Assembly: GCA_964199315.1 (NCBI GenBank)
Contig: OZ116698.1
Location: 13,082,001-13,146,000, forward strand
DNA from: Orbicella franksi
Lineage: Eukaryota
DNA length: 64,000 nucleotides
Direction: 5' to 3'
Positions 23,579-49,787 of this stretch are shown piece after piece (position 1 is the first letter of the stretch; every line of letters starts with the position of its first letter). The translations under genes and the position numbers were made by a program. Below the pieces are notes generated by a model that ran no database searches, was not told the origin of the DNA, and saw only the letters and a list, made by a program, of their open reading frames with translations.

Positions 23579-25045
23579 TAAGAAGAAATTGACCGAATAA
23601 GCTTGCACAGTCTGATTCAAAGGCTAATAACACTGAGTAAAGAAGAATTGAAAAGTACTTATGTACCTTGCAGATACTCCTGAACTCCTGGTGTTAATGC
23701 ATCATTTCTGTTTCTTAAATTTAATTTTTAATTTTTGATCGAGTCATCAATCAAAATGATTTTGTCATAGCAAGTGGGGAAAGGGAACAGATCTGAACTA
23801 TTGGGGGAGGGGGGGGGGGGGACAAAAATGAAGATATTAGCTGATACTAAATTGAAAATTGTGTTTGGCTCCTGAGAAAATGCATACATACCTAGGCTAT
23901 GTAGGGAAGGTCATTGGAATGCTGAAGGGGTGTGGGTTCTCAAAAGTCAAAATTTGAAAGAAGGTATGAAGCTCAACTGGAATTTCAAGAGGGGAGGGCT
24001 CAAACCAGAAGCCTTCAGTGGAGAGGGTATGGATAATTTTTGGAACAACACAAATTGAGGCCCTCCTCTGATGGTTATGCAGAATTGAAGTCATTCCTGA
24101 GGTTTAAAACAAGATAAAGCATTTTACAGTCAGATCTGAAAACAATGAATTAAAAATCCCATGTTTTGGTCTGAAATTGAGTGAAGGTTTTAAGAAATAT
24201 GCAGCACACCTCACCAAACATTTTATCAAGTACCTTTTGGGGCAGAGGGGGGTGTACTCCCTATAATGGCCTATAAAGGGAAGCTCCACCAGAAAAGGGT
24301 TACCTTTTTCAGGCTTTGGGTATATAAAAGAGTAGGGATTTCACAAGCCAGTTGAGGTATATGAGAGGGTAGGGAAATCTGCCACTTAGGTAGTTAAAAG
24401 GGCTTCTCGTTTAACATAATATTTTTAACAGACACAACTTGTGGTTCATTTAATTTAATTTAAGCACTACATAAAAATGATGAGAAGACTGCTTTTTTTG
24501 GGAGATTTATTCTTAACACAGGCCTGTCACAGCAGTTACAGGTTCTTAAATATCAAAAGGAGTACCTTTTTTCAATTAAAGGTATTTTCAGGCTACCTTT
24601 TCTGTCAAAATGGTATATGACAGCATAAAGAATTGGACCTTGGGGCAGAGCCTCTCAGTATAAAACTTTTTTTTTTTCATTTTATATTTGTCTGCCACAC
24701 ACTGTATATCAGTAAAATACTGATGTTTTAATTTATGCAAACTCGGCACCGGAAGTGAACTGGGTAAACTGCAGTTCTCACAGCGCATGCGTTTATCTGA
24801 GAGGCTTTTTTGGCGCCATGCATTATTTACAAACCACGTTTAGAAATATTGAAAAGACGGTTTTGGTTCAACGACACATGGTGTAATTGGAGGAAGACAA
24901 GAAAAAATTATTATAATGAGCGTTGCATGGGCATCTGCTCGATATTTTCAAAAAGGAATCGATTTTGAATGGCTGCTAGAGTGAAGAAAACGAAGAGGCG
25001 AGGTAAACGGTTTCTGTCGAGCAGCGCATAAATTGTTCATCTGAC

Positions 25046-36380
<11,335 letters not shown>

Positions 36381-37484
36381 AACTCTGCAAGAAGTGCACT
36401 TTTGTTTGCACTACATTGTTTATGCTTTAAAGTGGCCTATTTTGAGCATCAAAGAAAGGGGTTTTACAATGTTTGTTGGGTGGTTTGGGGTTCATGTGTT
36501 TCATGGAATCCTGGATTCTTTAGAAAAATAAATTAGAGCTACTGTTTTGATCCTTTCAAAGAAGTTGATCAAGGAAATTCAGGAAGAAAGGGGTTGTAGC
36601 AGTGGGGCAAGCGTGCAACCTTGTAAAGTGGCAAGTTACAGTAGGGGTGCAGAGGCATGTCCTTGCAGAAATTCGCCAGTGTGCTATTTTCTTCACCCTA
36701 AGCATTTGTAACAGGACATTTAGGCCTTGGAAAGACATGTTGTGAATTCCCCCAAAAAAGTGACCAGGGGAGGGGGGATGGCTCCCAATTAACATGACTT
36801 ATTAAATACCACACTGCTGCTGCAGCAGGTGCCATAATCAAACCACAAAAGCATTTGATGTTTTGTACATTGATAAGCACCATTTCAGAAATGTGTCTTG
36901 GAACTTCTTCAAAAATTATAAAAAAGTTATTTTTTTGATCATACCACATTGGTATCTGAACAATTTGTTCATTAGACACAATCAAATCAGGAATAACCAA
37001 CTTGTTCTGGACCCATATCACTCTTTCAAGTGCCTTTTTCTTACCTTAGGTTGTTTCATGCACAGGTGGCAAATAGTGCTAGCATTGTGTTATGTGGTAT
37101 CTTAGCACAACATATTGTAGATGTGTTACATCAGACATTTTTGTATAGATAGTCCTTATAATTCAAAGGTTAAGTAAGTCTCTGATTTGATATTATTTAT
37201 TGTAAGTTGTGAATTGTAATTATATTTAAACTTATAAAAGGTAAAAGTTTAAATTCAGATACAAATGAACTCTGTTATTTAAAGAAAGCCCTCGGTTCTT
37301 TGTAAATTATTGTCAGCAGTGTGATTGGTCACAATAAATCATTGTGCTAGGCCCAATTAACTCTTGATCACTGCATTTGTTTAGTGGATCATCCTAAGAG
37401 CATAACTGTATTGTTGACTAGCATGATATTAATGGTGCTTTATTTATGATTTCTGAGATGTTGTAATACTAAAAAGAAAGGTAA

Positions 37485-37719
37485 GGGATGCTTACCATTT
37501 ACAAAAACCATCCAGTTGGAAATTTCAGGCATAAACATTAAACGATTAAATTCGACGTTGCAGGAGAGGGAATCACTACAAAGTATATCCACATCAGCTA
37601 GAGAGACTTAAAAGGAGCAGAAAAATAGCATCAACTCAAATCACAGCCCATATTTTCTGAAGCTTCCCACAATTTTCCAACTGGAATTTCCGGTTTTCCC
37701 ATGTAAATGATAAGTACCC
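37485..37719. mobile_element. MITE with GGG termini (Harbinger-like) between the WDR47 and KIAA1614-like 3' ends
   Basis: GGGATGCTTACCATTTACA ... TGTAAATGATAAGTACCC. Confidence 0.6.
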
Positions 37720-39528
37720 AAGGTTACTAAAATTATGGGAGTAAAATTAATATTATCAAGAGAAAGTATTGTTCTTGTTGTAGATATAAGGTGTTAAAAT
37801 GTCAATTCAGTTTTGAAAATAAACTTGTTCAATGTGTCAAGAGTTAAGTAATTATTGTTGGATTAAAAGCACTCCCATAACCCCATGACTGAAAACAGAC
37901 TTACCTTAGTTGAATATTTGTAGAAATTAACAACCTTGCACTATAAGGTCTGAAGGTTGGTTCCTTATTGTTGCAAATACAACATTTCCATGTGAAAGGT
38001 GGGAACCTTTTCAGTCCATGTTCACACTTGGCTGCCCAGTACTGTGCTTAGGGGGACGCAAAGGGACAAGCAGGTACTGTCAATGCTTAAGACCACTGGA
38101 ACCTGTGACCACAATTTACATTCCTTTGACCAGGTTTTAACATTTCTTGCGTTATGCCAAGATAACTGATAAAAAAAATTATGGTGTGCATGCTGGTATC
38201 ATCACACAAGTATATTAAGTCACTTGACACCAATGTCAAAACTTTGGCCACACACACTTGTTTCCTCTGGTCCCTGTGCACCAGCAAGTGAAAGTGTAGT
38301 TATGTTCTCATTTCACCTCTGAGAGAGTTGATATTTGAACCAAAACGTTTGGTACTGCTCATTTGGACTAAGAGCTCTGTGTCACATCTGAGTTTGGGTA
38401 GTCACACTACACAGTCAGATATATGTTTCTTTATCATTGGTATTTCATCTCATTATTTGTCACATGGTAAACTTGAGAATCACACACAGCTTATAATAAG
38501 GCCAAAAAAGGCCATAATTTTGCCAGCATCTTGGATGGGTTGATGAAAAAGGACAATGTTCAGGTGATCTGGGTATTTTAAATGTTGGGCTGATCAGTTC
38601 ATCTTTAACCAGTTCATTGAGCAAGAAGCAAAAAAAAAAGGTAGAGAAAAGCAGCTCTGCAAACACCAGGGGGCAAGACACATCTTGTTCTCTAGTGTTT
38701 CTGTAGCTTTTTTCATCTCACTTTTTTTTTTCGTTCACTTCCAGGTAATACTGGGTGAATAAAGTGGGCCTCATCACAGTCTCCTGAAATTTAACTTTCG
38801 AAACGTTGCATACAACAAAAAACACGGCACTGACATTCAAATGATCTTTGCTGTTTTATTTACAGTCACTGTGAAAACTAGTCTCTTTCACAGGTCTCAT
38901 TTGGGTTGTCATGCAACACTTCACCGTGAGATACCACAACAACGCTAATTGATGCCTAGTAAAAGACGATGAATAAGCCAGCCTATTAGACAGAACTGGC
39001 TAATAAATACATTAACTTGCTCAAAAAGTCTTACTTTGTTTGTACACTGATGTACAGAGGAGGAGCAAGTAACTCCCCTTTACACCTAAAATCAAGAGCA
39101 ATATTTTATTGCCTTTTCAAATTCAAGTGCCATTACTGACAAAAAGTGTACTTGAAAATTGTTTTACTTTATAAAAGCTATCCAGCTTAACAGCAGTTTT
39201 GAAGATAGCACTGACAAACTACAATTTTATGCTCTTAAAAACTTGTAATTTTTAATTTAAACTTAATTTTAAGAAAATTGAAGTGAAATAAATTACATTT
39301 ATAACAATATTTGAATTCAACCTCTTCAGAGAAGTGCATGTCTCCAGGACGTCTAAAATGAAAAATGTCACACCCTGTTCAATATTCGATAACATGCCTG
39401 TTTTCATATTGCCTGACATATTTACAGCTGTACAAGCACAAAAATAAAATAATTTAAAACACCTAACATAAATTGACACATTTATTTTGGATTTATAAAA
39501 TAAGTAACATTATTTCAGCAAGGCTTGG

Positions 39529-42500
39529 TTACCAATCTTTTCGGCCAAGGAATGGCAACACAGTCAAAACAAGCTTGTTTGAGTTTGCTAGGATGTTGTG
39601 CACTTCCGACATGGTCTTACTTGCAGTGCTGTCTCCATTGATTTCAAGAATCTCATCTCCTGGATTTAGAAGGCCGGCCATGAACTTTGAAGAGGAGCAA
39701 TCCATAATACGACTTACAAACACTCCTTTCTTATACTGCTGAAAACCCTTCTGAATGAAAAATCCAAACAGCCCACCAGGGCTCCTCTGCAATTCCAAAA
39801 CATAAGCACTTCCAAGATCTTCACGCATGGCAATGATTCTCCCCAAACTTTGGCCCCCTGTTGGCCGGCTTACTGCAGTTCGGCAGTCAAACCATTTCTT
39901 GGTCAACTCATTCACATGTATAGATTCTTTTTTGGACTTCTTCTTGTGAAATATACTTCCACTTTTGCTTTTGCTTTTGCTTTTACCCTTATCAAAAGAT
40001 AACCTTGGTTTCTCACCAACAGGCACATCATTTACCACATAAAGACCAGATCGGCGACCAAACTTCCTTTTCTTCTTCCTGTTTTCATCAAAACCAGCAG
40101 GTAGAGAGTCGCCATACAAAGATTGCGTAATAACACTACCAAGACTATCGCTTCTACCAAGTTCAGGCATGCTTCTCCATTTTTGAACCATTATGTCCCT
40201 AGTATCAGTCTCTGATATTGGATTAAGCTGGTATGTGCTGAAATATCTTTCACGGGCTGACATGTGTGGACGCAGTAGAAATTCACTCTGTACACTGCAA
40301 ACTGTTTCTGCATCTGAATCAGTCTCATCTTGACTTCTGCTGAAACTACGACTCTCTGAAAAGATGCTCCTTCGATAGATGCTTGAACCTGTTAAATGTA
40401 AAACAGAAAATTCACATTACAAAATTGTGACCAAGTTGAGCATTTTACAGTCTGATAGGTTTAGAGCTTGCTTCATTTTAAAACTAGGGCACAGACATTT
40501 ACACTTAGAGAAAAGGTGTTAGGGTACATGGGCACAGTGCCAACTGCATATGAAGGTAAATTTTTGACATAAGCAGTCTGTGATCAATTTTGATTAAACT
40601 TTGAAAAAAAAATGAAATCTTTCAAAAGACCACATTTGTAACCATTTGCATTGTTTTAAAACAAAAGGTGACAATATGCTGACAAGCTAAACATAAAGAA
40701 GTAATCAATGGAAGGAAAACAGGCAAACAATTATTTGCTTCTGGAACTAACAGTCTCCAACATATCCAACATCCATTTTGCTATAAACAGGCTTAAATCC
40801 TAAACATTACTTTAGCCATTGAAGCTCTGTGCCACCTGCAACAATGTTTCTTCCAACTTTTAATTTTGTACAAAGAATAATAAATGACTGTGTTATTTTG
40901 GGCACAAAATTGTTTTATTTTAGTGAACGACAAGATTTAATTTCCATGTATTTCATATCTGCAAAATTAACCAGAAATAGTAACAGGGACAACAACCAAT
41001 TTTTCCATTCCTTTGGCCTAAAAACCAATATTTCTTGGCTCTTCATTTGCAACCATTTTCATTAGTAATTTCAAAACAACTGTAACCTTGTGCTGCAGCA
41101 AAATTCATAATGGCTACAATATATCTGTAATTGATTTTTTTAAAATAAAGTTTAGCTAGTGCAATGCTAACCAAAAAATATCAGGACAAAAACATATTTT
41201 TAACCACAGAAAAGGCTCAGTTCAGAAAGGTTTAACTGAACAATGAAAAACTAATATTAGATGGAAACTGCCATAACCTCTTAAAATCATACACTTTAAT
41301 CCTGGTATTTTAAAATTTCAATTCATGTCCAATTTACTGCTAAAACACTCTGACAACTCCTTTTCCCCAATGCAATTTTTAAACACAAATTATTTTTCAA
41401 GGATTGTATTAAATATTGAAAAAAATAAAAAAACTTGACTTTAAACCTTGCTAATGCAAGGAAAATTTATGACCGGCAAAGTTTATGGAAGCAATGTTTG
41501 TGTCAAATGAATTAATTTTCGCCTAACGCCTGGTACGGCGTGTTCTCTAACGAAATGCGATCACATGAAGTATTTTTAGCTTGAACAAGTAAAATATCTT
41601 CCCAAACAATTGTAAGGCACGACATCGCAAACACGGCCTTCCAGACATAGAAACAATGTATAAATTGCATTCAGTTTAAATATTTCGACTGGATATGTCT
41701 GCAGACTGTCTTAAAATGGCGAAATGTTTGCTTATACGACCTTAAAGACAGGAAAAAATCTCGCCCCTTCTCTAATTTACATGAAATTAATGTTGGAGCA
41801 ATTTTGTTTCAACACCAGCTGGCTAAAAGCCGACAACCGTAAACAAATGCTTCCACCACAGGTAACAATTAAGCCCAAAATATGACCAATCGACTGTGAG
41901 AAATCACTAAATGTTACCATTATCGAACAAACTCGAGGGCTGTGCGCTCTTTTGCTCCCCAATAAATCGCTCCTTCTTTGCATCGTAATTAATTTTATGC
42001 AGCTCATAATCTATTAAATCACTGAATAAACATACGATAAAAGATTGGACACCGATATAGTTGGTAAATTGCTCTTTGCCTCAACCGCACTCGCCCGCCA
42101 AACACGAAAGCGGCTGAAAAATTTTTTTCAGCCCGAAAATTACGGTAATTTTCGTTTTTTCCCCTCGAGGTCAACTAAAACAAATGCAAACGTTTCCGCC
42201 TATTTTTGGATTGAAACAGTATTTTTAGACGAAAATCTATAGATCTAATAACGTAAAAAAAAAAAAGAAGTTTTGCGTCATTCGACGGAAACGAGCATTT
42301 GAAAAATCGCCCTAGGAAGTGAACAGTGCCCAGAATAAAACAACATTGTAAAACATGGACAAAGAAAAACATTGTTGAAACGGGTAAAATTACTGGCGTA
42401 CATAAAGAGAATATTGGCCGAGTGACGCCGAGTGCTCGTTTTAATATCAGCAAATAATCTTCTGATTTACCGGAAATATAAAAGCTTTGATCGAAATGAT

Positions 42501-44149
42501 GAATATTTCTTAGCCATTAAATTTTCTGAAAAATTGCTTTTATCTGTGCTTCCTGACTTTAAGACGCCCTCGAGTGAAAACTTACTCCTGCATATACCAT
42601 TTAAATTTATGTTACTTTTAAGACCTTCTCTAATTTCAAAAATAGCACTCCAAACCAAAATACAGAATCTATTAAGACCGATTCATTGCATCCAGCATGC
42701 CGATCTATAAAATACACTGTAAAAAAGTGAAAATTTTCTGGATAAACTTTAAAAAAAAAACATTAATTATATTTTCTTTTATTTGGTGGAGTCTTGAGAA
42801 ACGAATGACTAAAATGCAAATGAAACCTCCAAAACCTCAAAACCTTGACATGAGTGAATAAATTTCGTGCCTCGAAGGTAACTAAATCTCACCTAGGAAA
42901 TATTCAAAGCTTAACCTGCCTTATCGCGTAACCTGCAGCTTAAGGAGAACTTACGGGAAGAAAAATCAAAATGTTCTTATCGACATTACATAAATAAACG
43001 GCAAGTAAAGAGTCGCATGTACGCACATGGCGAGAGGTGAGAAGATCGCGTCCAACAACAACAGTAGAGAATAGACCAAAACTTACCCCGTCTAATTTGT
43101 CCAGGCAAAGATCCGCTTCGATTCTGTCTCTGTTGGCTGTAAGTTGAGCTGTTAGCAGTTGTAGGGATGTCCAGGCTTTCAGACTGAATTTCCTGATTTC
43201 TGTAAGCCACAGATTTTAGAATCCCACGCCGATCTTTACTGCGGCTTTTGTGGCTGTCAGAATCGGAGCCGGCCAACTCCTGGGAATTGGTCTCTGACAA
43301 CAAGGCTGTCAAACTTTTCGACTTTTGCGGAAGAGACTGGGTGCCGCTTAAACGCGGATCTACCCATCTCAGAGGTCTAGAAGACCTTGAATTGGGAGTA
43401 CATGCACGATCAGTGGATATTCCACTGTCCTTGTCAGATTCCACGCTCTCCCCTGGGTACAGAAAGTGGCCATTACTAAAAGAGGTCGGCGTCGGTTCGT
43501 GGGACGTCTTCGAATGCACCGACTCACGGTCGATTTCATCGAACGCGCTATCACAACTATCCTCGAGGTTATGAAGTTTCATGGCGACCGAAAGAGGAGG
43601 TGGCCTTTTCCTTGATATAGTGACAACATCGGAACTTTGATCGTTTATTCCACTTCGCAGCACTTGTAATGTATCTGTTTTCGATGTTTGTATTTCTTGA
43701 TGCTCCACTGATTTCGGTTCAAGCGACTCGGAACGATCAAAGCTTCTACTTCGCTGGTTCGAACCAGTTGACGATAGCGAAGAGGTTCTAGTAGAATTTT
43801 GGAATATTTCAGGATACTTAAGTTCCAATTCTTTAAAGCGATTCCGAGCTCGTTGTAACATCTCCTTGTGGGCAAAGAGGTCTTCTTCGAACATGACGCT
43901 CTTTCGAAAGCCGTTTCGCGACGAAAGATCGACCATACTCTTTGAAAATCCGTTTCTGTGGCTGTATGTTGACGACAAAACAGGGTTCTTTCTCTCCGGT
44001 GAATAAATGTTCGCGAAGTCAGTCACATCGGTTTTCGATGATATATCAAAACTCTGAGCTCCTGAACTCCTGTTCAGGTGACATGTTGGGGTCCGGTTTA
44101 CTTCCTCTAGTGAATTCTCCGATCTGTACATCTTCTCTACCACTGTCAT
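39529..44149 (-). CDS. KIAA1614-like protein with C-terminal PAR6-like PDZ domain, 640 aa, 2 coding exons
   Basis: Exons 44149-43087 (donor GTAAGT) and 40388-39529 (acceptor TTTAACAG), both phase 1, join in frame. Ser-rich low-complexity body, then PDZ LELQRSPGGLFGFFIQKG...GVFVSRIMDCSSSKFMAGLLNPGDEILEING. This resembles the human KIAA1614 PDZ as I recall it (GIFVQEMADMSTAKLYSGLLGVGDEILEVNG). Orthology is not verified. Confidence 0.75.
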
Positions 44150-46536
44150 GTGTTTTAAGACTTTGTGGTAAAAGATCGCGACCTTCAGTGAAAATCGCTT
44201 CCTAAATCTTCACTTTCGGAATCAAAGATTTCTTGTGACCCGCTGGTAAGAGAGCGACTGATATTTGAGACAGAAAATTCGTTGTAAGAATGTGTTTGAC
44301 GTCATTTTCAGTAATAAACGAGAGCTTATTTAAAACTAACCAATCACACTTCACTTCCGATCTATGCTAATTATTTTGCATATCCCAAAATAGCTGCTCG
44401 TGCTCGACTCCAAACATCGACGAAAGGACATGACAATAGACGGGAGACTAATGGCGAATTCTTTGTTCTTTTTTTCACGTTACCATTTCTATATGCCATT
44501 AGCGATCGCAAAACGTAAGAGCTAGAGTAAGTAATCATTAATATTTCAAAATATCTTGGATAAATCGGACATAATACGAGGTACTGACAGAAAATCTCAG
44601 CAGACTGCACTCGCAAGGAAACCTGACTCATCATCATCATAAAACTCCGGCAGTTCAGGGGTCAATTTATACAATGCATAACAATATCGGACCTTCGTTT
44701 GAACATTTTTTTTACCATTTTTGGGATAACGACTTTCGGGTTCTTCATCTTATTGTTGCGTGTTGTTGTAATGCGCGAAGTCTATGTCAACACTACAAAC
44801 TGGTCAAAACACGAAACAGGAATCGTTACTTCCTCACCCATTCACCACTTGCAAATCAGATGTAATGTACTCTTTTTAGATCTTGACCTCTGACTACCAT
44901 GTGATGTGCTTTTTTTAAATAATATTACTTTTTTTTTTTAGAGCGACGTGACTTCTGACCACGGTGCGAGCAAATTTGAACGACAGTCACTCGTAGCGCG
45001 TACTATTTACATCACAAAGAGCAGGGAACTGTCACCCACAAAGCTAGTGCTACCACGCATTGAACGGAACAGCATATGAACTCCCAAAATAACAGAACTT
45101 CCTTCAGCATTGCCCCTTCTAAATTTCTTAGCTACACGTAATGCAATCGACCAACACTCGGCTGATTAACTTTGACTCACGCGCCAGGTCTTCACACCTG
45201 TCTAGTCGGGTTATACATGATAATACCACATTAAGCTAACCCCTTTTTTTCCTCATAAAAAAGAAAAACATTTTTGTGAGAAAATAGTGGCTGAGATTGA
45301 CCACACTCATGATAAAAATATACCCAAGCTGAGAGCTACACAGCATTTTTATCTTCTCCATTCGATCTTTCTTTAAGCTCTTTTTATTGAGAGTACTGGA
45401 CGCCTTCGTAAAAAATTAAAACAAAATAATGCATTTGAAATATCTAAGTAAATACGAAGCTCATCGACAATTTATTTCGCAATATATTGGTTTTATTTGT
45501 TTTAAAATAACGAACTTGTATGTTACAACAGTGAAAAAGTCCTTCGAACCTCATGACATGTATGTGAACTACGTTTTCTCATCCTAGGTTGAGCCTTGTC
45601 TCTAAAATGAGACGTTCATTTGAAACGAGCAAAAGAAAATCACACATTTGAATCGCACGTCTCCTTACCAGCTGCATTGGAAAGAGAGTAGGAGCAAGAC
45701 GCCCCCAAAACAAACCTTCAACACCAGAATCTTTCCAATCTCTCATTTAAATAATTTTTGTTCCTTTTTTCCATCAGTGGGGGTGGTTAATCACCCTCTT
45801 TGACGAACAGGTTAACACTGAAAACGTCATATCGCTTAAAGTTTTTTTTTTAAATAGTGATTAATGGTTGTCAAGTATCAAATGTTTACCATCATATGCA
45901 TTTTTTAATTATTATTATTTTGTTCCGGTATACGTACGTGCTTTGAAACTTAGAGCAATAAGCAAGAATAACGGCTAAAAAACAGATACAATAGTTGTTC
46001 GTACAGAGGGCATCTGACGCTGTAGTAAATAACAAATAAATTTTCGTTTTCGGCTCTAAATATCGTCAGGTTACTTATTACAAGATATACACCTGAAGTG
46101 AATTCGCGCAAATTCTGCACAATTTTTGCCATATGCTAGGCATGCCCAAGAAGTCGCCTTAAGCCGACTTCAACAAACTAACAAAGTGAAAAGATCTGAC
46201 CTTAGCCTCGAGAGAGACCAGTACGAAAAAACACATGCTTCAAAATAAGAAACATACTATGTGATTTGGGATCGTTCATTTTTTATAAGGTAGGGGGGGC
46301 TGGTGGGATTTGTGGGGGGGCCATGCGAAAAAAAATGGTTTTCGAGGGGGGGCCATCCCAAAAAAATAAGGGAAAAGGGGGGGTCACGTGAAATATTTTA
46401 GAAAAACTTTAAAATGGCATAATGTTTGAATATCAAAAAAAATTGCTGTAGAATAAACATAGAAGGCAGGATGCAAATTTATTACAAACTTTCCTTCTGC
46501 TTTAAAAAAACGTTTGGCGACAAAAAGCATTTGTAG

Positions 46537-47244
46537 CTACTGAAAAGAAGTATTTAACACTGTTATTTTCGAATGCAACTTGCACTGGCACTCATCTTCA
46601 TCTTCGCTGTCGTCGAGTTCTGCGTCGCCGCTTGTGCTGCTATGGGAGTCTCTTTCACCAATGCTGCAAGAAGCAGCAATGCTTTCCGTCAGAGTGTACT
46701 CTTCAGGGTACATGAAGGTGTAAACATAATCTCTGACTTCCTGCTCAAGGTTTGTGGTGATTCTGCTGCTTACAGCATCGGTGAAATAATTCCCTTCCAA
46801 GAGCTTTGCGATGTATGGCCCATCTCTCCTAAATAACGACGTGACAACATCCTCAACTTTAATACACTCTTCCGGGACGGCCGTTCTAGAAGGGTACACA
46901 AGGCATTGTGGGAGATCATTTCCTTGCGGGTTTCCAACACAGATTCCATAAAATCGTTGGACGTTGTTTTCAGTCCGCTTCCTCTTTCTTTCATTTGACT
47001 TTCTGCGGTTTTCTTTTTGCCTTCTCCTTTTGTTGATGTGCTGTTTGAGTATGGCCTTGAATATGCTGTTATAATTGCTCTTCTTATTTTCTAGTGCTTC
47101 CATGTCCTGCGTGACCTTCGTCAACTTAGCTTCTCTACATTTGATCTGTTTTACATTAAAACTGTGAGCAAATTCTTCGCCCTGCTTTAAAGCAAGCCCA
47201 TTGGACTGAAAGAGTGTGGAATCGTGTTCCTTTACATCTTTCAT
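46537..47244 (-). CDS. Second, unknown ORF (235 aa, coiled-coil and basic/NLS-like stretch) inside the TIR element
   Basis: Long open frame within the 46268-50072 TIRs, divergent from the transposase-like fragment; KRRRQKENRRKSNERKRKR and an acidic C-terminus. Probably an exon fragment; no family recognised. Confidence 0.5.
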   Translation of the reverse strand: MKDVKEHDSTLFQSNGLALKQGEEFAHSFNVKQIKCREAKLTKVTQDMEALENKKSNYNSIFKAILKQHINKRRRQKENRRKSNERKRKRTENNVQRFYGICVGNPQGNDLPQCLVYPSRTAVPEECIKVEDVVTSLFRRDGPYIAKLLEGNYFTDAVSSRITTNLEQEVRDYVYTFMYPEEYTLTESIAASCSIGERDSHSSTSGDAELDDSEDEDECQCKLHSKITVLNTSFQ

Positions 47245-47404
47245 CTTTAGCTTTTTGTTTTACCTGCACAGGGCAAATTTATACATGCCTATCACTAGAG
47301 TAGAGGTAAAAACCTTCCAAATAAAGACATCTGTAAATTAAACGTAAGAATGTGTTTCACACAACACATCAACAGATTTCCAGTTTTTTCACAACACTTC
47401 GTAC

Positions 47405-49787
47405 TTGGTTCAGTATCACAATGCAGGAGGAAGGAAAGACTCTGTTCCAGGCCACTGTTACTTCCGTAACATTGAGAAGTTTATGAATGAGCACTATGAG
47501 GAGGGGGAGAACTACAGGGAGTTTCTAAAGTTGTCCTGTCAAGAAAAAATAGGAGAAATTTGTTCTTTTTGTTGTGAATGGACTGGACCACCCATAGAAA
47601 GATACCCTAAACCAGTTCCTGACCATTCCTGCCTACCGGAATACCACTACCTCTCCTACCAGAAGAGCCCAAAAGAAGGGCGTGATCCAGATGATTGGCA
47701 GCCAAGGGTCCAAGCGAAGAAAGAGCATGGAAGTGGCAGGCTGGTTTTATCTGACCCAGAGAGCGTTGCTCTATTTGCAGATAAGTTTATTGTCAAATCA
47801 AAGTTTGTGGTGGATTATCTTCAGCATCTTGAAGCGCTGGAATTTAAAAGGAAAAAGAGAGCAGAAGAAAAGGCAAAGTTAAGGTTACCGTATACCTTCA
47901 GGGGTGTCTCGCGTCCAAGCGATGTAGCGCGTCCGGTTTAAGCTGTAGATACCTAAGCCCCTATATCAAATTAAAGCTTATAGAGCTGGCTATCAAACCA
48001 TACCAAAAATTTTGAAATAAAATGAATTGCCAATTTTTTCACGGTCACCAAATGCAAGCGTCCTAATCACCTTTTGGAAGCTACAAGTCAAAGCGAATTT
48101 TGTTTTTCGCCAATTTATTTTTTTCCTCGGTTTCAGGACAAAAAGCGCTAAAAAAGCGTGTCTGCGTTTTTCCATATTCAGTTGTAGTAAAAAGTTACAG
48201 AACATTTTCGAAATAGGATTAAAAAAATGTGAAGTGATCGTACAAAAATCGCTCTCGGAGAAAAAATATTTCGAAATAAACAATTCGCAGACACGTTTTT
48301 GTTTTTTATATGTTAATCTAGCTACTGTCCAAATTTGAGGGCAAACAAACAAATTCCGTTTGAGTTGTAACTCTTTAAAGTGTCTGCTTCAAGTGAAAAA
48401 ATTTATCCGAGAAAACAGCGCTAAGAAAAATATCTTACTTCGCAAACAAACTCCGCCCACAAACGCCTTCAACTGGGTTCTCAGATCACTGAGCCAATCA
48501 GCGCTTGGAAAATTTACTACCATTAACTCGCGGTGAAATTTACGCGTGAATCTGCAAAAAAAACCTTGCGTTTCGCAATGCGCTCAAGGCGGAGAGATAA
48601 TTTTTCTGCAGCTGGGTTTTTCTTGAAGCTGGTTTGGCAAAATGGGGAAGACGAAAAAGGATACGAACGTTAGAGTAGCTGGGCGACGAGAACAAACAAA
48701 AGAAAGCGCGGCAGAGCAAATGTGCATGGATAATATTGCAATGGATCTCAATGAGTTGGACGATTCATCGGTATCGAACTCAACAAAAGAGTCACTGTAA
48801 ACATCGCTGTTATCGCTGTCGAGTTCCCAAATTTTACACAACCTTTCTCTTCTCTTGACTCGATCTTTTTGCCCGCTTGATACGTCCGTAGCTTCATCCG
48901 CGAGGCCAACTTTCGCTTCTTCACTCATTGATGTATTTTTATTCATTCTTCGCTCTTTCGAACTGGTAAACGGACTTTTCCGTGGTCCATGTTTACTTAT
49001 AACTTAATAGAATTACATCTAACACGAAAAATGCTTGGATTAACAATGCTGATTAACTGAGTAGCCAGCCAATTCGTGATATCAATATCGGTAATATTCC
49101 CGCGAAAGTAGTCTCGGTTGATTGCATACACGTTATAGGACTGTCAATCAAGAGGGAACTTTTACTTCCGGCCATAACGTAAAACATCCATTTCTCCGCC
49201 AATATTAGGTTTTTTTCAATTTTGTTTTCAGAAATTAGAGATTACTCTTCGACCATTAGTTTGAACCAAAAATCCAAATTTGAAGAAAATTGCCGATCTG
49301 AAGGTATACTGTAACCTTAAGTAGGGACGCAAAAGATAAATCATATGAGGATTATCCTTGGACTGAGTTGTGCGAAGATCTAACCAAGCTTAAAATGCTA
49401 CGTGTTCCAGAACTAAACAAGTACTTGAACCACCACGGGCTGAAGTAGCATTTGAAAAGCAGCAAGAGTGAGAAAGTAAAGGCAATTGTAAGACATTCAT
49501 GCTTGCAGCAGAAGAGCCCTCTCAGAGCTGGCCAACCAACACTGAGAAATGCCAGGACATTGACACAAAATGACAACAGGGCAAGTGCTGACAGCAGTGA
49601 AACGGATGAAAGTGACAATGATGAGTATGACAGTGATACCATTGACTCTGGGGAAGAAAATGACTCAAGTGACGTCATTCTTGCATTCATCAATTCAGAT
49701 GAGGAAGATGCCAATGAGAGGCCAAATGCCACACGCTCAGGGCGAGCCATAACTAGGAGATCCGAAATTGACTTCTCTTTCTTTTGA
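47405..49787 (+). pseudogene. Disrupted C-terminal fragment of transposase-like ORF with SAP-like motif and acidic tail
   Basis: ORF 47405-47882 (VPGHCYFRNIEKF...CSFC...PDDWQPR...KRAEEKAKL) resumes in frame at 49321 once the TTAA-flanked insertion is removed: SRDAKDKSYEDYPWTELCEDLTKLKMLRVPELNKYLNHHGLK*HLKSSKSEKVKAIVRH... It has one in-frame TAG, and the N-terminal/catalytic part is missing. Confidence 0.65.
47883..49316. mobile_element. Non-autonomous TTAA-targeting element (Kolobok-like termini) nested in the transposase ORF
   Basis: TTAA duplicated at 47879-47882 and 49317-49320. 19-bp TIR GGTTAC(C/A)GTATACCTTCAG with one mismatch. Confidence 0.85.
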